A stretch of 36,327 nt of DNA from the IMG/VR virus record IMGVR_UViG_3300030372_001470, positions 1-36,327 of that record; one strand, 5' to 3'. Below the pieces are notes generated by a model that had not been told where the DNA came from, did no database searches, and saw nothing but the letters and a program-made list of their open reading frames with translations. The DNA is from a virus. Its lineage: Duplodnaviria > Caudoviricetes. Both the position numbers and the translations under genes were made by a program. Of the stretch, positions 17,339 to 25,098 are shown in pieces (position 1 is the stretch's first letter; each line of letters starts with the position of its first letter).

Positions 17339-17631
17339 TGAAAAACGAAACACTTACTTTTGAAAAACAAAATTGGTCCGGAGAAACCGCGACCATTAAG
17401 GTGAAAGATAACAAGTTCGAATATTACGGATATCAATTTGAGTTGAAAGAGAGAGCCACAAAAGAAGAAAGCTGGATCACCAACTATGTCGATGTATTTG
17501 TGGATGGCAGCCTGGAATACACGTTCATAGAAATAGATGGTGAATATTATTACGAAGATGGTTTTGATTTTGAAAGATCACACAAAAATCCAGCGATCTT
17601 AACCGGCATTATCGCCTCGAACTTAATGTAA
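17338..17631 (+). CDS. Acidic hypothetical protein
   Basis: AAGAAAGGAG RBS; TAGTG coupling. Confidence 0.75.
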   Translation: MKNETLTFEKQNWSGETATIKVKDNKFEYYGYQFELKERATKEESWITNYVDVFVDGSLEYTFIEIDGEYYYEDGFDFERSHKNPAILTGIIASNLM

Positions 17632-17650
17632 AAGAAAGGAGAATTTTAAT

Positions 17651-17965
17651 ATGAAACATAAAAAAGAAATTAAAGAGGACTATAATAGTCTTAAAATATC
17701 GCCTACTGACATTGTTAGATTTATTAAAATGAGAGCAATGGAAATGGCTTACAAGGAAATGCGACTCAACATTGATTATTATGGTGGGAATGTTGAACTT
17801 GAAGTCTTAGGCAAAAATCTCATGGGTAAATATAACGAAACTGAGATGAAGAAAATTAAAGAGTTGATTGGTAAAGAGTATGAGAAAGCCCAAGATAATC
17901 TTTTTGATAAGGGAACACGCATTGTTCCGGAATCTATTCCTTATGCTCCGTTAGACACAATTTAA
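17651..17965 (+). CDS. Hypothetical protein
   Basis: AAGAAAGGAG RBS. Confidence 0.75.
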   Translation: MKHKKEIKEDYNSLKISPTDIVRFIKMRAMEMAYKEMRLNIDYYGGNVELEVLGKNLMGKYNETEMKKIKELIGKEYEKAQDNLFDKGTRIVPESIPYAPLDTI

Positions 17966-18003
17966 CATCTCATAGATATCAATCCTTAAAAGAAAGGAAC
18001 CAA

Positions 18004-18225
18004 ATGAATAACGATCTAAGATCTATAAGTGACGAAATAAAACAATCCCTTGAAATGACCAGGGATTACATGAAACAATATCTCAGCCAGGACAATAGCG
18101 GAGAGAATAACATCTACAAAGATATAAGCGGTATGAGCGCTGCTCAGATCGATCAGATAGTAAAGATGTTAAGCTACGCTCAGAAAGGCGCAGCGAGAAA
18201 ATTATGGGGAGATTGGATAATGTAA
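18004..18225 (+). CDS. Hypothetical protein
   Basis: AAGAAAGGA RBS; followed by a terminator. Confidence 0.75.
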   Translation: MNNDLRSISDEIKQSLEMTRDYMKQYLSQDNSGENNIYKDISGMSAAQIDQIVKMLSYAQKGAARKLWGDWIM

Positions 18226-18247
18226 CCGCATTTATAATGCGAAACTC

Positions 18248-18274
18248 AAGAGCGCTCCGGCGCTCTTTTTTTTT
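18248..18274 (+). terminator. Rho-independent terminator between the array and the convergent integrase
   Basis: AAGAGCGC-TCCG-GCGCTCTT followed by a T run. Confidence 0.85.
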
Positions 18275-19493
18275 AGTAGCGCAGCGCTGCTTGATCTTCT
18301 CTTGCTGTTTCCTCCGGATCCTCAGAGTAATCATCCAGCCAATGACCATAAGTCTTGGTTGTGATTGTTGTATCCGAGTGACCCAGCTGGTTAGATACTT
18401 TCCAGATACCATCCTTTGTACCGCCTTTTAAAGCCAACTGAGCGGATGCAAAGTAATGACGTAGTTCATGCCATGTAATACGCGGAACACCGGCTGCTGC
18501 GGCTGCTCTGGTTATCTTCTTGATGAACATCGAGGGATTTACTGATAGACCTCGCGTATCCATCCAAATTAAATCTTCTTTTGGTGGTTTTCCCTGGCGC
18601 ATATATTCTTCTTGCAGCGCCTTAACGACGACCGGTGGAAACCGCAATCGCCTATTTGATTTCTCTGTTTTTGTTTCCGCAACATTTCTATATCTATCGA
18701 TACCTTTGTTGACCTCGATAACGCGAACATCAAAATTTACATCGTTCCAGGTTAGTGCTCTTTGCTCACCCTGGCGCATTCCGGTTTGTGCTGCAACGAA
18801 AGCTGCTAGCCTCCAATTACATCTTTTGTATCCGCCCAGCTGATTAGTGTTGCCGGTTGGTAAGTGCTCCAGGATCCCCTCGATAGTCGAGCGCTGGACC
18901 CGATCGATCTTTGCTTTCCTGGTGGATTTTTTTCCGCCGCTCTTTGGTCGAGTTTCACGAAAAATATTTTGCTTTGAGAAACCAGCGCTAACACAGAACG
19001 ATCCGAAATCCGTGTAGCTTGCCCAATAGTTTTTTACAGTTTTCAGTACGCGACCTTTGATCGTTTCCGGATCAATAATTCTGAATACTATTGTGGGATC
19101 ATCAAAGAAATTTTTTGCTGACATTTCACGAACCGGAGTACCCTCAATTTTAATGTCGAGGAGGAAGTTAATATCACGCATTGAGTTCTCAAAACTATGC
19201 TCTCGGATCACACCATGTTCGATATCCATTCTTCTCGTTTTCGTGTAGCAACATTTCTTATTAGTCGGCTCACATTCACCGCAATTAAAAACTGTTCCCA
19301 TCCTAACTTCAGCGCGCCCTTTTGAATGCAATAAAATATTTTCTGCTATCTTCTCTGCGTACTTTAGAGCCTCCTCTTTTGTGGGAAAAGATTTAGGCAA
19401 CATGCCATGCTTTCGACCATCAACATAATGAGGACTTCTTTTGCGACTAGGATAATATCTAACCAGGTTAATTGTTTCTTCTTTTGTAAGCAT
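18273..19493 (-). CDS. int: Tyrosine integrase
   Basis: TGMRQGE (R), KT (K), HELRH (HxxR), LGH, TTKTYGH (Y); adjacent to attP. Confidence 0.95.
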   Translation of the reverse strand: MLTKEETINLVRYYPSRKRSPHYVDGRKHGMLPKSFPTKEEALKYAEKIAENILLHSKGRAEVRMGTVFNCGECEPTNKKCCYTKTRRMDIEHGVIREHSFENSMRDINFLLDIKIEGTPVREMSAKNFFDDPTIVFRIIDPETIKGRVLKTVKNYWASYTDFGSFCVSAGFSKQNIFRETRPKSGGKKSTRKAKIDRVQRSTIEGILEHLPTGNTNQLGGYKRCNWRLAAFVAAQTGMRQGEQRALTWNDVNFDVRVIEVNKGIDRYRNVAETKTEKSNRRLRFPPVVVKALQEEYMRQGKPPKEDLIWMDTRGLSVNPSMFIKKITRAAAAAGVPRITWHELRHYFASAQLALKGGTKDGIWKVSNQLGHSDTTITTKTYGHWLDDYSEDPEETAREDQAALRY

Positions 19494-19502
19494 TGACCCC
19501 TC

Positions 19503-19685
19503 CTAGAAATAAATAGAGGGATCTGCATCAACAGCCTGGTTTAATCCTTGCCGGATCAAATGCAGCTGGTCAGCTGATAAAACAATTTTCTGATTCTGTT
19601 TGGTATGAACGACCCAATTTGTTTCCGTATCTGTTAGATCGTGTAGCTGCTGTAACTGCTCTGACTTCTCAATAACTTTTTCCAT
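19503..19685 (-). CDS. Small hypothetical protein upstream of int
   Basis: GGAGGT RBS; co-oriented with int. Confidence 0.7.
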   Translation of the reverse strand: MEKVIEKSEQLQQLHDLTDTETNWVVHTKQNQKIVLSADQLHLIRQGLNQAVDADPSIYF

Positions 19686-19764
19686 TTAGACCTCCACATC
19701 TGTTAAGGAACATTGTTAATATTTTCAATGATAATGGAGAATAGAATCAAGATTGTCAAACATC

Positions 19765-19981
19765 TTTGTGCTTAAATCTGTGCTTGAAATCCAATAAAAT
19801 TGGTTAAGTTATTGTAATATAAAGGGAAATTTTGGTGCGGGTGATAGGACTTGAAACCCCATGCTAGGTGTTATTTGCCGTTATTTGCCGTTATTTAATG
19901 TTAGTTTACGTTATTAAAATTGATTCTTAATAACATATAATAACATCTACTAACGTCTATTTTGTGCTCAATTTGTGCTTA
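19765..19981. mobile_element. attP region (arm-type repeats, IHF-like site, core, phased repeats)
   Basis: TGTGCT pairs at 19767/19779 and 19963/19974; TAAGTTATTGTAA IHF-like site near 19805; GTTAKT every 10 bp from 19870 to 19915. Confidence 0.85.
19833..19855 (-). other. attP core: 3' fragment of a host tRNA, probably tRNA-Leu
   Basis: Minus strand TTCAAGTCCTATCACCCGCACCA = T-loop, 3' T-stem, acceptor strand CACCCGC, discriminator A, CCA; no 5' half, so not a tRNA gene. Confidence 0.85.
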
Positions 19982-20518
19982 CTAAAGCATATCAAGAGCG
20001 GTATCTTTTACATGCTCATTTCGCCTGGTCCAGCCTCGACCATAGACACCGAATGTTGATAGACCCTCCAGGAAATTTTGCCTGGTGCTGTGCATCTGAT
20101 CGATGATTTCTTTCGCATCTTTTTTCTCGACAGCTGCTAACGTCAGCTTCCCGATTGCGCCATCTCTTGTAACTGACACAATTCCTTGCAGAGCCTTCGC
20201 TGCCCTGGACACTCCGGAATTTACGCAGTAATCAAACGTCGTCCAATCGACTCCAGCTGGCAAATCGTCACCTTTTATTTTATCCCAATACAACTCTTTA
20301 TAGACCGGATAAACTTCCTCCTTTTTGAGCGCTTTCATTATCTCTCTTGTGGCTGGTTGACCGGTAAACTCAGCGAATACTTTTGCCGTGACTCCCCAAT
20401 TTGTTGAGCCTGGATTTCCGTATCCATCAGAGGAATTTCCACTATCCCGATTGTCCTCTTGATAGCCTCCCTCGTTCTCCAATAACATGACCATACATTG
20501 TTCAAAATTCTCTTTCAT
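19982..20518 (-). CDS. Endolysin, glycoside hydrolase family 108 with peptidoglycan-binding domain
   Basis: EGGY, TNWGVT, YWDKIKGDDLPAGVD, FD..VNSG, DGAIG, YGRGWTRR. Confidence 0.93.
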   Translation of the reverse strand: MKENFEQCMVMLLENEGGYQEDNRDSGNSSDGYGNPGSTNWGVTAKVFAEFTGQPATREIMKALKKEEVYPVYKELYWDKIKGDDLPAGVDWTTFDYCVNSGVSRAAKALQGIVSVTRDGAIGKLTLAAVEKKDAKEIIDQMHSTRQNFLEGLSTFGVYGRGWTRRNEHVKDTALDML

Positions 20519-20877
20519 TTTTTCTTCCTCATATTGATAAATTTAGCAGCTGATCTGGTAGCAAAACTCGCGCTAACAATTACCCCGATTGTCAGCTGAT
20601 ACCACTCCGGCATTTCACTCAAAGCCTGGAACCCAGCAGCTGCCACACCTCTACCCCACTCACCACAAAATGAGAGGATCAAAGGTATAGAAAAGATGAT
20701 TACTAAATACTCGTCTTTCCAGGAAGATTGGCTGGCACGCATAGCCTGGAGATCCCAATCAATCTCGCCGGTAGCCTCTTTCATTTTAATCTGCGCGTTA
20801 GCTTTTTGAACAGCTGTCTTTCCCTCGATCCAGCTAGATGCTAGACCGGATACAGCGGTAACGATACTGCCTATCAT
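20515..20877 (-). CDS. Putative holin (3TM holin-like)
   Basis: SWKDEY plus hydrophobic segments, MPEWYQ, basic C-terminus; next to the endolysin. Confidence 0.65.
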   Translation of the reverse strand: MIGSIVTAVSGLASSWIEGKTAVQKANAQIKMKEATGEIDWDLQAMRASQSSWKDEYLVIIFSIPLILSFCGEWGRGVAAAGFQALSEMPEWYQLTIGVIVSASFATRSAAKFINMRKKK

Positions 20878-21083
20878 TCGTCCTTACCTTTTGATTCTTT
20901 GTTAAGAAAAACCGCTAGCGATCCTGTCATTGCTCCGGTGACAACTGATATTAAGCTAGCTTGTTGTGTTGTTAGATCCGGCTGACTCAATGCCCACTCT
21001 ATGCAGCGAATATAAACACCGGTCATAATAACCATCATTATCCTGGGAATAATTTTCCAGCGATCCAAGTTCTCCGGATTCAT
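20874..21083 (-). CDS. Small two-TM membrane protein (holin/antiholin candidate)
   Basis: LDRWKIIPRIMM...; two hydrophobic stretches; lysis module. Confidence 0.6.
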   Translation of the reverse strand: MNPENLDRWKIIPRIMMVIMTGVYIRCIEWALSQPDLTTQQASLISVVTGAMTGSLAVFLNKESKGKDE

Positions 21084-21238
21084 TTAGTTTTTTTCTTCCG
21101 GACAGTTTTCGTAACTGCTGACTTTGATTGCTTTGGTCGACCCCTCTTGGTTGAGGTAGATGCAATAGTATTCGTTAAGACTTCTACCGGCTGCGGTCTT
21201 ACGAACGCGTTTAACCAGGCTAAAATTCTGTGTATCAT
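21080..21238 (-). CDS. Small basic protein (52 aa)
   Basis: MIHRILAWLNAFV...KRGRPK...KKKTK; GGAG RBS; ATGA coupling downstream. Confidence 0.55.
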   Translation of the reverse strand: MIHRILAWLNAFVRPQPVEVLTNTIASTSTKRGRPKQSKSAVTKTVRKKKTK

Positions 21239-21252
21239 TTTTAATCTCCGAT

Positions 21253-21729
21253 TTAATTTGCAATGGTAAGATAGATGACCCCAGCCACACACAAAGCACC
21301 AGCGCCGCCAACAACCCATAAAAGTATTTTGAGATCATTCATTAATTCCCTACGACGTTTTGCTTTGGCAGCTAATCGTTTTTGTTCTGCTTCGTTATAG
21401 TCTTTGATCCGTTTCTTTCTTTCGTCTTGGATGCCCTTGAACGTGCCATGTCCGAACCTCTGGTCTATAAGTACGGAGATGTTATAAAGCTCTTCCTCTG
21501 CAAGCCTTGCACTTATCGTATCTGATGCGATTGACTTGATACTGAATTGACCTGGCGCAGCCTTATGCTTCTTGGCTCTATCTATTCTCGCCTTGCCATC
21601 TAGCAGCTGGTCAATACTTGATGCTAATTCCGAAACATCACGGCAACTATTGACTGTACTTTTTATTGCATCGACAGCACTTTTGAAAGCTGCTGCTGCT
21701 GCAATAGCTTCCCCAACCCCAAAAACCAT
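21253..21729 (-). CDS. Coiled-coil protein with C-terminal TM helix
   Basis: 158 aa, lysis-module position. Confidence 0.7.
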   Translation of the reverse strand: MVFGVGEAIAAAAAFKSAVDAIKSTVNSCRDVSELASSIDQLLDGKARIDRAKKHKAAPGQFSIKSIASDTISARLAEEELYNISVLIDQRFGHGTFKGIQDERKKRIKDYNEAEQKRLAAKAKRRRELMNDLKILLWVVGGAGALCVAGVIYLTIAN

Positions 21730-21749
21730 AACGGTTCCCCCCAGGTAAT

Positions 21750-21911
21750 TTAATTAATTTGAAATAAGATCCCAACAAGCATGGTAATTACTGCACCCAT
21801 TCCAGCAATCAACACCATCTCTAGTCGTTTTAATCTGTAGAATATTTCCTTGAACTGTATATGATTTTCAGTTTCAAGTTTTGTAACTCTTCCGTCTAAT
21901 GCTTTGGTCAT
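21750..21911 (-). CDS. Small coiled-coil plus TM protein (53 aa)
   Basis: Not in the track; MTKALDGRVTKLETENHIQFKEIFYRLKRLEMVLIAGMGAVITMLVGILFQIN; ATGA coupling. Confidence 0.75.
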   Translation of the reverse strand: MTKALDGRVTKLETENHIQFKEIFYRLKRLEMVLIAGMGAVITMLVGILFQIN

Positions 21912-22183
21912 AGCTTATTAGCTGCATCTCTTTGAACTCTGGTCTTGTAATCACTCCTTGCTACCACCAACTTTACAAAGTCAGCTTGGTTGCTTGGGAT
22001 TGAGTCAGTAAAAGAACTGTCGTTCATTAACTTAATTGTCCACTCTCGTTGCATCCTCTTCCAACAGTTGTTTATTTTACCTGTCATTGCTTCTTGAACC
22101 CATGTATTAATATCCAACAAATCATTCTTTAGAATAGTCTGTTGAGTATCATCTACTTCTATTGTTAGTGTAATTTTTGCCAT
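21908..22183 (-). CDS. Hypothetical tail-module protein
   Basis: AAGGAG RBS; follows a C1q-like gene. Confidence 0.7.
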   Translation of the reverse strand: MAKITLTIEVDDTQQTILKNDLLDINTWVQEAMTGKINNCWKRMQREWTIKLMNDSSFTDSIPSNQADFVKLVVARSDYKTRVQRDAANKL

Positions 22184-22222
22184 TATTATCTCCTTTAAGA
22201 TATGTTATTTCGCATTGGCATA

Positions 22223-22870
22223 TTAACAGACTAGATAGCCTGTAAAATAAGTTGACATTTGGCTAGAATCTCCTGCTATATCTCCTGTTGTAGACCCCAT
22301 ATTATTATATATTTTTAAAATAGCTGTATCGTTTGCATCCATATCTGCTAAAGCTGAACCTGTTAGTGTAGTGTTGTCTGCCGTTTTGTCACCTATAGCA
22401 AAATCAAAATATACTTCATAGTCTATATTTGATGTGTCTAATATAGCAGCCATGTAAGAAAAACCTGATGCACTTTCCCCTCCTATATCACTAAAATTTA
22501 CAGCCCAAGTAAACTGATATTTGCCAGTTACAGGTGCTGTAAACGTATAGTTTGACGTATTAAAATCTCCATTTTGGTCAAATCTTTCCGTGTCAATTAT
22601 TATAGTAGTTGAACCTGTACTTATATTGGTGTGAGTTGTGCCACACTCTGCACTAAAAGCTGATTGCAATGGCTTAGTAATGTGACCACTAGCATCCATA
22701 ATCATGTGTGATGTAGTACCTAACGCAGAGCCTAGACCTATTGTTAAGCTATCAGAACTATCGTCTAGTCCTATGTGAAAGTCTTGAGCATTGCCATCAA
22801 ACAATATCTTACTGTCTGATGCAGCACCCTCGCCCATCTCTATGTTTCTTACTTTTAATGTTGAGGTCAT
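22223..22870 (-). CDS. Tail fibre/receptor-binding protein with C1q-like domain
   Basis: P..SAF...FDQNGDFNTSNYTFTAPVTGKYQF...DMDANDTA...YFTGYLV. Confidence 0.75.
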   Translation of the reverse strand: MTSTLKVRNIEMGEGAASDSKILFDGNAQDFHIGLDDSSDSLTIGLGSALGTTSHMIMDASGHITKPLQSAFSAECGTTHTNISTGSTTIIIDTERFDQNGDFNTSNYTFTAPVTGKYQFTWAVNFSDIGGESASGFSYMAAILDTSNIDYEVYFDFAIGDKTADNTTLTGSALADMDANDTAILKIYNNMGSTTGDIAGDSSQMSTYFTGYLVC

Positions 22871-23775
22871 TATTTACTCTCCAATGCTACTATTCTCGCT
22901 TCTAATTCTTGTATGGTTTTAACGAGTAATGGTACAAGTTTACTGTGGTCTATGGACTGCATATAAGCATCACCTACTTTTGCATCTTTTGGATATGTAC
23001 CCTCGTCTATGCCCTTTTGAGTCACAACCTCGTCTTTTGTACCCTTTGTTGCTTGTGGCACAACAGCATTTACTTCATGTGCAAGAAAGCCATCAGTATC
23101 TGCTTCAGACTTACTATCAACTTTCCAACTAAATCTCACAGGCTTTAACTGTTTTAGTCTTGTTGTTGCATCCCATGATGTCGTTACATTTTCTTTGAGT
23201 CTGTAGTCAGAAGAAGTATTAAAGTCCACACTACTAGAGTTAGCATCTATCCCACCAACAGCAGTATTACCCTGTCGTATAGATACAATTTCTCCAGCAG
23301 TTTGATTTCTGTTTAAGTACATTAAAACTTTTGCAGCACCTTGTAGTATAAACTCTCCATCTCCTTCAATAACACATTTTTCATCACTATTTGTGCTACT
23401 AATAGATGCTGATGCAGACCCTCCAAAAATAGTATTTCCACCACTATCAATGCTCATGCGTTGTGCATCATTGGTCATAAACTTTAAAGCATGATTTGTC
23501 TGCATACCAACAGTCGCATTGTCATCTCCCATGAATATGTCAAAGTTTACAGAATTAGGTGTATCTGTAAATCTTGCTCTAGGATTGTCACCAGACACAT
23601 GAAATGTTGCTGTAGGAGATGCTGTGCCAATCCCCACATTACCACTTGCATCAACTCTCATTCGTTCTGTGTTAGCAGTCTTTACCTTAACTACATCATT
23701 AGTAGATAAATCTAATCCGCTATCTTGGTCACCACTTTGATTGACTACTGTATCAACTTCTATTTTGCTAACCAT
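22870..23775 (-). CDS. Tail fibre with C-terminal intramolecular chaperone (peptidase S74)
   Basis: ERMRVDASGNVGIGT repeat; TSSDYRLKEN, LKPVRF, GFLAHEV, IDHSKLVPLLVKTIQELEARI. Confidence 0.88.
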   Translation of the reverse strand: MVSKIEVDTVVNQSGDQDSGLDLSTNDVVKVKTANTERMRVDASGNVGIGTASPTATFHVSGDNPRARFTDTPNSVNFDIFMGDDNATVGMQTNHALKFMTNDAQRMSIDSGGNTIFGGSASASISSTNSDEKCVIEGDGEFILQGAAKVLMYLNRNQTAGEIVSIRQGNTAVGGIDANSSSVDFNTSSDYRLKENVTTSWDATTRLKQLKPVRFSWKVDSKSEADTDGFLAHEVNAVVPQATKGTKDEVVTQKGIDEGTYPKDAKVGDAYMQSIDHSKLVPLLVKTIQELEARIVALESK

Positions 23776-23784
23776 GTCTTACTC

Positions 23785-24015
23785 CTAACTCGGTTTTGTT
23801 GGGAAAGTTACTGAGGACATATCAAGCAACATTGCAGGTCCAGTATTTATAACTTTAGGTTTTGCCGTTTTTGTCAAATCTCTCAATGATTGTCTGTATG
23901 TTTTCCAATCAGCTTGTTTGCTATCAGAAAAAGGACTATCTGGCATAACTGTCCAATCACTATCTTCTAACATTTTATTTCTTGTTTCTCTAAGCTTTTG
24001 CATCTCTGTTGTCAT
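23785..24015 (-). CDS. Tail fibre assembly chaperone
   Basis: LRETRNKMLEDSDWT..PDSP...WKTYRQSLRDL...FPTKP. Confidence 0.85.
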   Translation of the reverse strand: MTTEMQKLRETRNKMLEDSDWTVMPDSPFSDSKQADWKTYRQSLRDLTKTAKPKVINTGPAMLLDMSSVTFPTKPS

Positions 24016-24020
24016 ATTAT

Positions 24021-24554
24021 TTATCCTATTAAAAATCCCTCAAAGCATGGGTCATAAGCATCAGTTGCATCAGCGTAAGCAAACTCACTTCCTATGATAA
24101 CTCTAACATTGTCACTAGCAGATAATTGAATAAGGGAGGTCATGCTTAAACTTATATAAAAGTTACCCCCTGCTTGTTCATGTAATTCCCTTGTTCCTGG
24201 GACTATGTTTGCATTAGCCGTTCCGTTCTTATAAAAGTCAGCATATACAGTATCACCCGCATTATTTTTTCCCCCAGTATCATTTGTTGCACCTAACATT
24301 CTAAACATAAATTGATAAATACCTGCTACTGGAGCAGTAAATAGTCCGTCTGAGGTATTGTAATTTCCACCTATATCAAAGTCCTCATTGTTAAATACTA
24401 AAGTTCCTTGAGTACCTGTAGAATTACTTGATGGACCATCTAATCTTGCTCTAAACGCTGGTCTAGCTGGAGTTAATACTCTACCACTACTATCTATAGT
24501 CATTCCAGTAGTGTTATTGGTATGCGATATTGTTTCTACTTGTAGCTTACTCAT
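24021..24554 (-). CDS. Tail fibre/receptor-binding protein with C1q-like domain
   Basis: PARPAF...FDIGGNYNTSDGLFTAPVAGIYQF...LSASDNV...FEGFLIG; ATG 24554 is ATGA-coupled. Confidence 0.78.
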   Translation of the reverse strand: MSKLQVETISHTNNTTGMTIDSSGRVLTPARPAFRARLDGPSSNSTGTQGTLVFNNEDFDIGGNYNTSDGLFTAPVAGIYQFMFRMLGATNDTGGKNNAGDTVYADFYKNGTANANIVPGTRELHEQAGGNFYISLSMTSLIQLSASDNVRVIIGSEFAYADATDAYDPCFEGFLIG

Positions 24555-24736
24555 ACTATCACCCATATCCCAGATACAGTTACAGTAGCACTAGCTCCAA
24601 TCGTAATTGGTCCAGCATTTACGGCTGTATTCGTTGCATCTATTGTTAGTGAAGTAGCTACTGTGTTTTCTACTTGCCTTATAACTGGCTCATACGAAGT
24701 AGCAGTTGCATCTTTCCCTATTGAATGTTGGCTCAT
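24551..24736 (-). CDS. Small tail-associated protein
   Basis: AGPITI....TVTVSGIWVIV; coupled on both sides. Confidence 0.7.
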   Translation of the reverse strand: MSQHSIGKDATATSYEPVIRQVENTVATSLTIDATNTAVNAGPITIGASATVTVSGIWVIV

Positions 24737-25095
24737 GCTGTTATCTCCATAATAGACATTGTGACGGAGAGCTTGTCAGCTACAGAGCAATCAATCTGTA
24801 TCTTATCTGTAGTCTCCAAAACAATCTTTGCTCCCATTAGGACACTTGTGCTTTGACCAACTGCGATGGGAATATCATTAGCTAAGAATGTCGTTGTGTT
24901 GGTAGCTGTTCGACCACCTCCACTTGTATCACTTACAAGTTTAACGTCAGCAGTTACTTGTGCCGTGTGTACGTTACACAATACCAGACCTAATACGATT
25001 GTCGTCGTACTCCCTGGTGTAGTGTAGAGATCCTCTGGTGTACCAGCTGATGCCGGCATGACATCATGCGATACGACCTTGAAAGTATTTGCCAT
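24733..25095 (-). CDS. Tail-associated structural protein
   Basis: MANTFK...KIVLETTD...SIMEIT; follows the fibre gene; GGAGG RBS. Confidence 0.75.
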   Translation of the reverse strand: MANTFKVVSHDVMPASAGTPEDLYTTPGSTTTIVLGLVLCNVHTAQVTADVKLVSDTSGGGRTATNTTTFLANDIPIAVGQSTSVLMGAKIVLETTDKIQIDCSVADKLSVTMSIMEITA

Positions 25096-25098
25096 ATT

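Noticed and set aside
19833-19855. Possible tRNA gene
   Set aside because: Only the 3' 23 nt are present; the 5' T-stem strand, anticodon arm and D arm are missing, so it is an att core
19870-19955. Short periodic repeats as a CRISPR array
   Set aside because: 10-bp period, no spacers, no cas genes; fits attP accessory sites
24251-24261. TATCACCCGCA, identical to 11 nt of the att core
   Set aside because: Inside a coding region, no arm sites nearby; compatible with chance
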